From the NCBI RefSeq assembly GCF_036323395.1, contig NZ_AP028907.1, forward strand, positions 270,001-302,000: DNA of 32,000 nucleotides, written 5' to 3'. Made by a program: the position numbers and the translations under genes. This DNA comes from Pyrodictium abyssi (GTDB lineage Archaea > Thermoproteota > Thermoprotei_A > Sulfolobales > Pyrodictiaceae). The notes under the pieces were generated by a model. That model ran no database searches and was not told the DNA's origin. It saw only the letters and a program-made list of their open reading frames with translations. Below are positions 11,727 to 20,153 of this stretch, in pieces; within the stretch, counting starts at the first letter, position 1, and every line of letters starts with the position of its first letter.

Positions 11727-11766
11727 GCTACTGGAAGCTGTGGGGTCCCCGGAAGTTCCACGGCCC
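11727..11766. promoter_or_regulatory. two partial, opposed ORB-like half boxes sharing a GGGGTCCCC centre
   Basis: Plus strand: GCTACTGGAAGCTGTGGGGTC (11727-11747). Minus strand: GGGCCGTGGAACTTCCGGGGAC (11745-11766). Both keep the TGGAA-N-GGGG part and lose the TCCA part. Confidence 0.35.
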
Positions 11767-11832
11767 GGGCTTCTGTTATGGCTCCAGCTGGGTGGGACGT
11801 CGTCACTGTGTCTGTGGTGGGTTTCTGGTGGG

Positions 11833-11853
11833 CTCCAGTGGAAGGCGAGGGGT
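11833..11853 (+). promoter_or_regulatory. ORB-like box b
   Basis: CTCCAGTGGAAGGCGAGGGGT, located 8 nt from the tiaS stop codon. The CTCCAGTGGAA core is identical to characterised archaeal ORB cores. Confidence 0.6.
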
Positions 11854-11860
11854 TGTTTAC

Positions 11861-13102
11861 CTAGAGGTAAATATTGTCGCTTATCATGGGTGTTGTGGGA
11901 GGGGAGGGCTTCTTCGCCCCGGAGCGGCGGTTTGGCGGCCGCATGAGGTGGTGGAACGAGGATAGTGGGGGCGTGTAGCAGCCGAGTAGACTCCGCTCCT
12001 GTACGCTGCACGGGCCCCCTGTGGTGCCGGGCTCGTGTACACATAGGTACTCGGCGTTTAGCGTCAGGGCGCCCCGGTGGGGCTTCGCCTGACCCCCGAC
12101 CTCTACCAGCGAGCCAGGCGGTAGACGGAGGACTATCTTGCGGAGTATGCCCGTCTCTCTGTAGAATGCTGTGTCGATACAGCCTGTATCGTCGCAGAGC
12201 CGTGCTATGACGTGTCCGCCGGGAATCCTCCTAGCGGAGTGTACGCGGCCTACGACAACCGGGTTATCGTAGGGCCTTATGCGGGAGACCGGCTTCCTCT
12301 GGAGGTGTGCGTTGGTGGCCTGGTTTGTGCGGAAGAGCGCCCAGTGACTGGGCTCCTCGCCAGCGTCTATAATCTCGAGCGCCTTGAGGAGTATGCTGGG
12401 CTGTTCGCCGCGGACCCCGTAGAGTACCGGGTCGTATCCGTGCGGGTGTATGAGCACTCTCCTCTGCGCGTAGTCGTAGTTCATGAACGTGGATGGGCGT
12501 GTGCGGATGTCGAACTCTATCACGCTAGCCTCGTCTATCCTGCGCTCGTGGGGCCAGCGTTCGAGCCTCCTATACACGATGAGCTCGAACGTGAAGTCGT
12601 CTAGAGAGGCTCCTAGCGCGGCGAGGGAGCCTATTAGGCCGCGTGCGCCACGTCCATGCAGTGCTACGACCCTGCCTCCGAGCTCTCCTAGGCACTTCTC
12701 TGCTAGACGGAGCGGTACAGCCTCGTGAACGGCTCTCCTGTAGAGGTTCTCTAGGCACTCTGGCCTCGAGGAGAGATACCCGTGCAGCGTATCGGCCTCC
12801 TCTACCAGTAGCAGTGCGTATGCAGCCTTACCCTGGGAGCCCACAGAGTAGAGCTGGGCCACACTGTGTAGCAGCCTGGCTAGCCGCTCTAGCTCCCGCT
12901 TACCATCCACGTTGAATAGTAGTGCTACGGCGCCGTTGCCCCTCGTCTTCCAGGGCACGGCGGGGTTTAGGCGGATAAGCCACGGGTAGTCAGCTAGGCT
13001 AAGCCCCTCGTCTAGGGCTCGACGAGCCACGAGCGATGAAAGGTGAGTAGTACACCCCGCGAACGACGTGTCAAAGCTGTCAAGGCCTACAGCGGCTATC
13101 AA
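11861..13102 (-). CDS. tiaS: tRNA(Ile2) 2-agmatinylcytidine synthetase TiaS
   Basis: N-terminus VGLDSFDTSFAGCTTH...YPWLIRLNPAVPWKTRGNGAVA, then GRGARGLIGSLAALGASLDDFTFELIVYR and PVLYGVRGE...TNQATNAHL, all typical of TiaS. The C-terminus lacks the four-Cys zinc ribbon seen in the Archaeoglobus enzyme. Confidence 0.85.
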   Translation of the reverse strand: MIAAVGLDSFDTSFAGCTTHLSSLVARRALDEGLSLADYPWLIRLNPAVPWKTRGNGAVALLFNVDGKRELERLARLLHSVAQLYSVGSQGKAAYALLLVEEADTLHGYLSSRPECLENLYRRAVHEAVPLRLAEKCLGELGGRVVALHGRGARGLIGSLAALGASLDDFTFELIVYRRLERWPHERRIDEASVIEFDIRTRPSTFMNYDYAQRRVLIHPHGYDPVLYGVRGEQPSILLKALEIIDAGEEPSHWALFRTNQATNAHLQRKPVSRIRPYDNPVVVGRVHSARRIPGGHVIARLCDDTGCIDTAFYRETGILRKIVLRLPPGSLVEVGGQAKPHRGALTLNAEYLCVHEPGTTGGPCSVQERSLLGCYTPPLSSFHHLMRPPNRRSGAKKPSPPTTPMISDNIYL

Positions 13103-13346
13103 CGGGTTCTCGCCTCTCCCTCGGGTAGCTTGTCAGGAGGAGCCGTAGCCTAATAGGAGGTATCTGTGGAGACGACGGGTAGAATGCTGTAATGCATTAG
13201 GGCATTGTTCTCTGCCAGTACGGCTAGCCGTCACCGGCGGGAGTGCCTTAGCAGGGGTGGTATAGAGAGGCTGTGGTAAAGCGTGCAGGACGTGTGCAGC
13301 ATCAAAACAATTATGCTGGAATGCATTGGAAGGGCTAGGCGTCTTG

Positions 13347-13592
13347 TTAGAAGTTTTCATAGTCTCTTACGACTATCATTGTGAGTGTTGAGCGGACTCT
13401 TGGTGAGCTCCGGAGATTCTTGTACACTATATCCCTTAGCTTGCTCATGTCGTCGCTCTCTATTATAGCGACTATGTCGTATAGGCCGTACACCATGTAT
13501 ACTGCGCGCACCTCAGGCAGCTTCTTCAGTGTCTCGAAGATCTCCTCGTCGGCCCCCATCTCGGTATTTATTAGGATAACAGCCTTGGGCAT
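13347..13592 (-). CDS. stand-alone Lrp/AsnC-type ligand-binding (RAM) domain protein
   Basis: 81 aa. VILINTEMGADEEIFETLKKLPEVRAVYMVYGLYDIVAIIESDDMSKL fits the beta-alpha-beta-beta-alpha-beta RAM fold pattern. No HTH is present. Confidence 0.7.
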   Translation of the reverse strand: MPKAVILINTEMGADEEIFETLKKLPEVRAVYMVYGLYDIVAIIESDDMSKLRDIVYKNLRSSPRVRSTLTMIVVRDYENF

Positions 13593-13769
13593 GGACTACA
13601 CCCCTTTGTGGCCCTATAGTGGGAGACGAGCCAGGGGCTAATACGGCTAGTGGGCAGGTATATAGAAGGCGCTCCAACATCCCCCGGCTACCATGCAGTG
13701 CTAGTGCCCCCGGGCTGTACGCTTAGCGGTGTGCCGGAACCGGGTGGCAGCTGGGCGGTGTAGGCAGTA

Positions 13770-14375
13770 ATGCGCACAGGAAGCGATCTTGGCGTAAGGC
13801 TCTATGCTGTGTACCTTAGGCACGATAACCCGAAATACAATACAGTAGCCAAGCTCATAAGGCTCGGGCTAGTAGCCGAGGTGAAGAAGCCACGCCGCGG
13901 CAGCATCGTGCTGGATCCACTATCGCCCTTCCCCGTCTCGGGGCCGGATAGGAGGATCCTGGAGACCAACGGGCTATGCGTGATAGACGGGTCTTGGCGC
14001 AAGGTGTCCAGGATCCTCGGCCGAATACCCGGCGTCAAGAGGAGGCTCCCGCTTCTACTCGCCGCAAACCCCGTGAACTACGGGAAGCCCTTCCTGCTCA
14101 GCAGTGCTGAGGCGCTAGCAGCAGCCCTCTACATAACAGGCTTCAGGGACGAGGCAGCAAGAATACTCTCCGTGTTCAAGTGGGGCCACGCGTTCATAGA
14201 GCTGAACAGGAAGCTTCTCGAGGAGTACGCCGGGAAGACCCAGAAGGAGATAATCGAGGCAGAATGTAGCATACTGAGGGACAATATAGGGCTCACGGTG
14301 GACGAGTGCTCAGCCGGCAGCCTCCTAGCCGTCTATAAGCGTGTGCTGGAAAGCTACGAAGAGAAAGGCCGCTAA
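13770..14375 (+). CDS. tsr3: 16S rRNA aminocarboxypropyltransferase Tsr3
   Basis: Motifs: RHDNPKYNTVAKL, IVLDPLS, VIDGSWRKV, LLAANPVNYGKPFLLSSAEALAAALYITG, FKWGHAFIELN. Confidence 0.85.
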   Translation: MRTGSDLGVRLYAVYLRHDNPKYNTVAKLIRLGLVAEVKKPRRGSIVLDPLSPFPVSGPDRRILETNGLCVIDGSWRKVSRILGRIPGVKRRLPLLLAANPVNYGKPFLLSSAEALAAALYITGFRDEAARILSVFKWGHAFIELNRKLLEEYAGKTQKEIIEAECSILRDNIGLTVDECSAGSLLAVYKRVLESYEEKGR

Positions 14376-14478
14376 CCTGTCCTGCGTTCCGCTCCGATGT
14401 ATACAGTAGCTCTCCGGAATGCTGTGGGTCTGTGCCAGAGACTAGGTGTATGGGGTTTGAGGGATTTGGGCGAGAACG

Positions 14479-14566
14479 TGGTGCGGGGGGTGGGATTTGA
14501 ACCCACGCAGGCCTACGCCAGCGGGTCCTAAGCCCGCCCCCTTTGACCTGGCTCGGGCACCCCCGC
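14479..14566 (-). tRNA. tRNA-Leu (anticodon UAG), long variable arm, CCA encoded
   Basis: Reverse complement: GCGGGGGTGCCCGAGCCAGGTCAAAGGGGGCGGGCTTAGGACCCGCTGGCGTAGGCCTGCGTGGGTTCAAATCCCACCCCCCGCACCA. The anticodon loop is CTTAGGA. Confidence 0.95.
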
Positions 14567-14664
14567 GCCCAGGGCCGGGGTTGGCAGGCTCCGGGGGCAA
14601 TGAGTGGGGTAGGTGGGGCTTAAATGCCCTTACGCTCCTTGGCATTCATGGTGTCTTGGTGGCC

Positions 14665-15063
14665 TTATACTACCTCTTCTCGGCTTCTGCTTGATATTGT
14701 TGTCTCGGCTAGTATGATCGATACCTTGTCTGCTATCCTCTCGGCTAGCAGCATCTTGTCTGGCGATGGTGGTAGGGCTTGTAGGAGTCTCTCGAGGGCG
14801 CTCCAGAGGGCGTAGGCGGCTTCGGCTAGTATCTTGGTGCGTGTCTCTGGGTCTATGCCGTGTATCATCTTGCATAGTGTCTCTGTGCTGGGGCTTAGGC
14901 TCTCGTGGATGTAGCGTGAGACGGCAGCCGGGCTGACGCCCATTATAGCGGCTACGTCTTTGGCGGCGTAGCCGTTTTCGAGCGCTATCTCGACGAGTCT
15001 ACGCCTGGTCTTCGGGTCTAGTAGTGCTATGGCCTCGCATACTCCTTGCAGCTCCTGGGCCAT
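14665..15063 (-). CDS. helix-turn-helix DNA-binding protein (family unassigned)
   Basis: Start taken at ATG 15063 (MAQELQG); the track ORF extends to 15108. The HTH is GYAAKDVAAIMGVSPAAVSRYI. Confidence 0.55.
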   Translation of the reverse strand: MAQELQGVCEAIALLDPKTRRRLVEIALENGYAAKDVAAIMGVSPAAVSRYIHESLSPSTETLCKMIHGIDPETRTKILAEAAYALWSALERLLQALPPSPDKMLLAERIADKVSIILAETTISSRSREEVV

Positions 15064-15153
15064 GGTGTGGCACCCCACTGGGCGAGGAGTATGGGCTCCG
15101 GGGACCATGTTCCGGGGCTAGAGGGGCTGGAGGGCTGTGCAGCGCCAGGGGTC

Positions 15154-15933
15154 CTAGGCTGGCAGGCCTAGGTCTAGGTGGGAGAGTATAGCGTCGAAGA
15201 CCTGGAGTGAGGGGTCGCGCTTGTAGGCGCGTAGTGTTGCGCGTAGCTTAGCATCTGCTGCTCCTATTTTTGTGCAGCGTCTAGCCCATTCTAGCCTAGC
15301 GAGGCCGCCTACGAGCTGAGTTAGGTTCCCCGGGTTCCGGTGCACGGTGCTAGAGTCGTAGTCCACTATGTACGGCTCCTGGCGTACGGGGTCCACCAGT
15401 ACCTGGCCCCCGGGCCTGGCTAGCTCGCCGTGCCTTATGCCTAGACGGTCGAGACGGTAGGCCTTCCAGAGGAGGCGGCGGAGCAGGTGCTTGGCCTCTA
15501 TACACGTGGCCGGCTCTACGTCGGCCAGCTGGGGGCCGTAGACCGGCTCGACGAGTATGAAGAGCCGGTGGGACATGTATAGCCTTGGGGCTACTCCGGC
15601 CCACGCTGCCGCGGCCCAGGCGGCTGCCTCCCAGAGCATTGAGCTGCGCCGCGAGCGGGGGTGGAGAGCCTTGACGGCTACCACTGAGCCCCGCCAGAGG
15701 GCTAGGAACACGTTGCCCGCCCAGCCTCTGCCTAGTAGCCGGTAGCCTCCGGGCAGCTCGACCCCGCCGTAGCTCACGTAGTGAGTGACCCCGGCCTCCT
15801 CCAGCTCCAAGAGGAGGCGTCTACAGTGGCTACTCTCGGGGTCCGGGTAGCAGACAGCGGGGGCTGCTCCACGTATCTCTATCTTCTCGGCTTCATCCAG
15901 CCTGGGGCCTTGTAGCCCGTCTCTAGGAGCCAT
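15154..15933 (-). CDS. small atypical (RIO/Bud32-like) protein kinase
   Basis: Glycine-loop-like LLGRGWAGNVF, VAVKAL (catalytic Lys), IRHGELARPGGQVLV (HGDL..N-like catalytic loop) and YIVDYDSS (DFG-like). The N-terminal 55 nt overlap cca, so the true start is uncertain. Confidence 0.55.
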   Translation of the reverse strand: MAPRDGLQGPRLDEAEKIEIRGAAPAVCYPDPESSHCRRLLLELEEAGVTHYVSYGGVELPGGYRLLGRGWAGNVFLALWRGSVVAVKALHPRSRRSSMLWEAAAWAAAAWAGVAPRLYMSHRLFILVEPVYGPQLADVEPATCIEAKHLLRRLLWKAYRLDRLGIRHGELARPGGQVLVDPVRQEPYIVDYDSSTVHRNPGNLTQLVGGLARLEWARRCTKIGAADAKLRATLRAYKRDPSLQVFDAILSHLDLGLPA

Positions 15934-17309
15934 GCCAGCTCGTCACCCTGTAGCCTGTCCACGACTCCTGGGAGCGTGGAGACCTGCACCCGGAACCCCT
16001 TGGCGCTCCCCGGTAGCCACTCGTCTACACGGCTGCGTAGAAGCTCTAGGGCGTCCGTGTACCTCCTCCGCCTAGCCACGGCTAGCCTACCGTCCTCGGT
16101 GATCCATGGCCCCACAGCTGTCTCGTCGCTGCGGTACTTCTCTACAAACCTCTGCGCGTTGCCGGTGCTCCAGGCGGGCGGCCCGAGGTGGAGCTGGAGC
16201 GGGGGCAGCGTCCGGGACTCGAGCTCGACTAGCACTATGAAGCGCTGGCCGTCCTCGGAGGCGTATGCGGTTGCGTCTATTACGCTGAAGCCCCAGCGCT
16301 CAAGGAGCCTTCGGGCTGCTCTAAGGGTCCTCCTGGCTATACCCCAGATGTTGTCTGGTGAAAGCCTACGCGGCGACTCCAGCAGGGCTACCACGGTGTT
16401 GCCGGCTCTGGGCCCGTATACGGCTAGGACGCTGCCAGGGGCGGGCGCGTGTACCTCCTTCCTCCCTGGTATATGGAAGAAGTCTCTACGCGGCTCTCGG
16501 AGGTAGAGCATCGAGGCGACTATGAACCGGGCTAGGCTCTGCCTCGACACGGCAGCAGCGACGTTGCGGTCAGGATCCACGGGGTCAACCACTATCATGG
16601 CCGCGTCCTTAAACTTCTTCACGAGCGCCCTCTGGTCCCGGTGGTGGCCCTCAACGTCTATGACTACGGGTGGCTTCCAGGACTGGGCAGCCTCGAGGAC
16701 TGACCGGAAGCAGCCATAGTTTATCACTAGGAGTTCTACAAGGTAGCCGGAGAACCCTTGTACAGCTATCTCTGCCCCGTAGACGCCAATCCTCTTCATG
16801 AATGATTTAAGCAGGCGTATCTCGTCTCTCATCTCCGGCGTCGTCTTCGATACTACGTAGCGGCGGTGGAAGGGAGTCCTATCCACGGCAGTGAGGGGGC
16901 TATCGGGGTCTGGTATGGCGCACCCAGGTACGATCTCCACCCATATTCCGTCGACTAGCACCCGGAGGTAGGGGTGCTGCGCGTAGCGCATCTCTATGGT
17001 GAAGCCCGCGGCAGATAATCTGGAGGCTATCTCATCGACTATGCCAGACTCTATCAACTCTAGACAGTTCCTGGGATGTAGCAGTATGAACAGGTCAAGG
17101 TCCAGGTTGCCTCTAATCCATGTATCCTTGGCGTAGCTCCCCTCAATGGTTACGTGGGCATCCCTTATCCCTAGGTCCTGCAGTACACTCTTTACCAGGC
17201 TCATTGCCTTCTCTGCAGTGTTTCGGGCTTTCTCCCTCTCCGATTCCGAGGGCTTTATCTCGGCTAGTACCTCCTCCTCGACGCCCAGGCGTATACAGCT
17301 CATGGCCAC
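15879..17309 (-). CDS. cca: CCA-adding enzyme (archaeal class I tRNA nucleotidyltransferase)
   Basis: VLAEIKPSESEREKA...VTIEGSYAKDTWIRGNLDLDLFILL (GS...DxD nucleotidyltransferase motif), DRTPFHRRYV, GAEIAVQGFSGYLVELLV. The length of 476 aa is typical. Confidence 0.9.
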   Translation of the reverse strand: MAMSCIRLGVEEEVLAEIKPSESEREKARNTAEKAMSLVKSVLQDLGIRDAHVTIEGSYAKDTWIRGNLDLDLFILLHPRNCLELIESGIVDEIASRLSAAGFTIEMRYAQHPYLRVLVDGIWVEIVPGCAIPDPDSPLTAVDRTPFHRRYVVSKTTPEMRDEIRLLKSFMKRIGVYGAEIAVQGFSGYLVELLVINYGCFRSVLEAAQSWKPPVVIDVEGHHRDQRALVKKFKDAAMIVVDPVDPDRNVAAAVSRQSLARFIVASMLYLREPRRDFFHIPGRKEVHAPAPGSVLAVYGPRAGNTVVALLESPRRLSPDNIWGIARRTLRAARRLLERWGFSVIDATAYASEDGQRFIVLVELESRTLPPLQLHLGPPAWSTGNAQRFVEKYRSDETAVGPWITEDGRLAVARRRRYTDALELLRSRVDEWLPGSAKGFRVQVSTLPGVVDRLQGDELAWLLETGYKAPGWMKPRR

Positions 17310-17690
17310 AGCAGTATGTCCCTCCTACCCCTCTGCCCGTTTACAATATGATGTTCTACTCCTGTAGCCCTCGTCCTAGAACTATAGTCGTGGGAGGGCG
17401 CGGAATACGCTATAGCCGGGACGCTGCTCCTGGGCAGTAACGGCTGTGAGGAGGGCTGGTATTGCTGAGAGGCGTAAAGGCCTCAGTGACGATGGACACC
17501 AGCTCCGAGCCATGTAGCCCCGTTCTCCCCATCATAGGACATGGCCTTGGCCCATCTATACAGCTGGATACAGCAGAAGCCCGTGCCTGGGCGAAGGACC
17601 GGCGGATAGCCGTCGAGCCCACGCCATCACGCCCTGCTAGGTATTAAGAGGGCGTAGTCCCTACAAGGTCACAGTAGCCGGGGACGACCC

Positions 17691-18443
17691 ATGGACGTGT
17701 TTGCAGAACGTGCCAAAAAGGTTCACGATAAGCTGCTCCAGAAGGCACGTGGTATAGGAGACGATGCTATACGCTCGATAGTGTTAAGCCTCCTAGAGAA
17801 CCCGGTGATAACGTTTACCAAGGTGGAGCCGAGGATAAGTTTCTACGAGAGCCCAGCAGCGCCCAAGAAGCACCATGCATACCCAGGCGGGCTTCTAGAC
17901 CACACGCTCGGTGTGACAGAGATAGCTGAGAAGCTCATAGACGTGTACACCGGCATCTACGGCGCTAACGTGGACCGTGACCTCGTCATAGCGGCTGCGC
18001 TGCTTCATGACCTCTTCAAATACTATCAGTATGAGCGAGACCCTCTGACAGGCGGATACAGGCCTCGTAGCGACTGGTACTTCAGCCACGACTTCGCAAT
18101 GGTGGCAGAGCTCTCAGTCCGAAGCGCGCCAGACAAGCTGATAAGGGTAGTAGCTGAGACGCATGGAACAGTGCCCTTCAGCACTATAGAGTCGCAGATT
18201 GTCCACCAGGCCGACACCACAGACTCCCAGATGGTCTCACAGATACAGGATGTAATATGGCGTGCATGCCTAGATATAGAACTCGAGCTGGGCGATGTAA
18301 AGGCGATAAAGGTGTTCAACGAGGCAATGAGAAGGGTGCCGATATTCGAGTACGCCAAAATATACTATACTAGAGGGCGTGACGAGCTAAGAGAGTTCAT
18401 AAAGAAACTGCTAGGCCTAGAGAAGCAACAAAGCCAAGCATAA
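17691..18443 (+). CDS. HD-domain phosphohydrolase
   Basis: HHAYPGGLLDHTLGV and AALLHDLFK make up the H...HD...D signature. Confidence 0.75.
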   Translation: MDVFAERAKKVHDKLLQKARGIGDDAIRSIVLSLLENPVITFTKVEPRISFYESPAAPKKHHAYPGGLLDHTLGVTEIAEKLIDVYTGIYGANVDRDLVIAAALLHDLFKYYQYERDPLTGGYRPRSDWYFSHDFAMVAELSVRSAPDKLIRVVAETHGTVPFSTIESQIVHQADTTDSQMVSQIQDVIWRACLDIELELGDVKAIKVFNEAMRRVPIFEYAKIYYTRGRDELREFIKKLLGLEKQQSQA

Positions 18444-19043
18444 GCACCATGCCGCGAGTGTGATGGAAACCTCTATACCCTGGAGCACCCAGCAAAGCAT
18501 TTCTTGGGGCTATGTGGAGGCCGACATAGGCGTACACTTCACCCACCTAGGCGTAGTGGATGAAGAGGGGTCGATTTACCGAAGCCCTCCACTCCATACA
18601 ATCCATGCAGGCCGATGAAGAACCGTCGGACGTAGAAGAGCTGCTACAGGGCGATGAATTATCCCCTGGCTCCTCTGAGGCGCTACAACGCATAACATTA
18701 TGATGGAGCTATGTCCAGGTGAACGCTTATACACCGTCCATAATGGAGAAGGTGTATAAAGAGGTATAATGGTAACCATATGTAGGCTCCGAGATGGGTC
18801 CGGCGTCATCATCCGTAACGTATCTCCGGTACCTCCTCAGCCGACCGGTACCATCTTCACAGCCGCGTAGACACGATGTGTATCGCACCGAATGAAGGAT
18901 ATCGGGATAAGGGATGGTGCGGGGCTCTGTGTGAGAGCTCTAGCTCATCCCAGCCTACACCTGGTCGCATGGTTTGCTAGTCTTCATCGCCCATTCGGGT
19001 ATTATGCTTAGGGCTCCGGGACGGGGTATATGCTGTACCCTTT

Positions 19044-20147
19044 CTAGCCTAGGACAGTCCTAAGGATTGAAGCGACACTCCGTGGTAGGCTTGGCAGCGC
19101 ACGTAGTAGCTGACGGAGACTAAGTTCTCCAAGCCCTAGGGATGTAAAAACATCTAGCGGAAGCGATGAGATCACTCTTGCCCGTGTCTCGGGCGATGAT
19201 GCCCTTATCTTGTTGAGAAGCTTGCGTTGCAGGTTTACCCATTTCACGATAGACTTGACTCTGTCTAGAGGATTATTGTTCTCAATAATGCTGTTGAACA
19301 GTGCGTATGCTGAGGCTATTGATGGTCGTATGCCTTCGCCGGTCAAAGGGTATACGAAGCCAGCAGCCTCGCCTATTATAGGCACGTTTCTGGTCAAGAG
19401 ATTCTCATTGACGCCGGATACGTTTATCCTGGCACCCTTTATGGGCGTAATAGGGTCTATGTGGCCAAGCTTCATCTTTGCAAAGCTTCTAAGCCGTGAG
19501 CGCAGCGATTCCGCGCCCTCGTAGCCACCCACGCCAATGTCTACTATATTCTGTGACCTTGGGAACACCCAGTAGTATCCTACAAGGTTGCTATCAAACC
19601 ATATCTCTATGACATCTGTGTCAATTGCCCTACTCGTTCTAAATATTTGTTGCACAGCTAGTATGGTCTCGCTGGCTATGTTTGGAAGACCTACGAGGCC
19701 GGGTGCGAGGACTACCCGTTCCCTAGCCTGTAGCGGCATAGAGCCTACTCTCGGCCTCGTAGGGCTAGTGAGGTCAACATACTTCTTATGAACAGTAGCG
19801 CTTTCAAGAAGCGACTTAATGAGTAAACGCTTGTCTACTATATAGCCCCAGCGTTGGCCGTGTGACTCGTGTACAAGCTGGCCGTCCACATATACACGGA
19901 AGCCGTTTATCTCGGAGAGTATGGCGTCGGATAGTATCTTAATGTACTTCTCTATCTGAAGCGGGACAGCCCAGCCGCACGGCTTCGCAGCAAAGTCAGC
20001 CCCCTCGTAGACCTCGACGGAGTAGCCCCTGGCCGAGGCGTAGTACGCGAATGCAGCTCCAGCAGGCCCTGCGCCTACAACAACGAAGTCGGGTCTTACG
20101 CTAGTAGCCATACGGTGCACCCTTACGTGCACGGAGGTGTGGGGCAA
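19044..20147 (-). CDS. geranylgeranyl reductase family flavoprotein (digeranylgeranylglycerophospholipid reductase-like)
   Basis: FAD fold DFVVVGAGPAGAAFAYYASARGYSVEVYE, plus VPIIGEAAGFVYPLTGEGI. An alternative start at ATG 20111 (MATSVRPDF) is possible. Confidence 0.85.
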   Translation of the reverse strand: MPHTSVHVRVHRMATSVRPDFVVVGAGPAGAAFAYYASARGYSVEVYEGADFAAKPCGWAVPLQIEKYIKILSDAILSEINGFRVYVDGQLVHESHGQRWGYIVDKRLLIKSLLESATVHKKYVDLTSPTRPRVGSMPLQARERVVLAPGLVGLPNIASETILAVQQIFRTSRAIDTDVIEIWFDSNLVGYYWVFPRSQNIVDIGVGGYEGAESLRSRLRSFAKMKLGHIDPITPIKGARINVSGVNENLLTRNVPIIGEAAGFVYPLTGEGIRPSIASAYALFNSIIENNNPLDRVKSIVKWVNLQRKLLNKIRASSPETRARVISSLPLDVFTSLGLGELSLRQLLRALPSLPRSVASILRTVLG

Positions 20148-20153
20148 CAGAGG

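Larger units (their letters stand above)
11450..11860. other. candidate chromosomal replication origin (ORB-like boxes flanking an AT-rich unwinding region)
   Basis: ORF-free gap with three full and two partial copies of a TCCA-NN-GGAA-N4-AGGGGT motif in both orientations. G+C drops to about 30-38% at 11581-11700 (hand counts 23/60 and 18/60), against about 63% in the flanking genes. See findings. Confidence 0.65.

Noticed and set aside
11000-12044. Track ORFs 11000..11473, 11244..11462, 11271..11495, 11682..11965 (three frames) and 11706..12044.
   Set aside because: They overlap the Sec61-beta gene or tiaS on the other strand, or run through the AT-rich and ORB region. Their sequences are Cys/Trp/Gly-rich or otherwise non-protein-like.
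17483-17535. A minus-strand C/D candidate (AUGAUGG ... CUGA, 53 nt) in the cca/HD spacer.
   Set aside because: There are no recognisable C'/D' boxes, no flanking stem, and neither putative guide matches the rRNAs or the tRNAs in the window.
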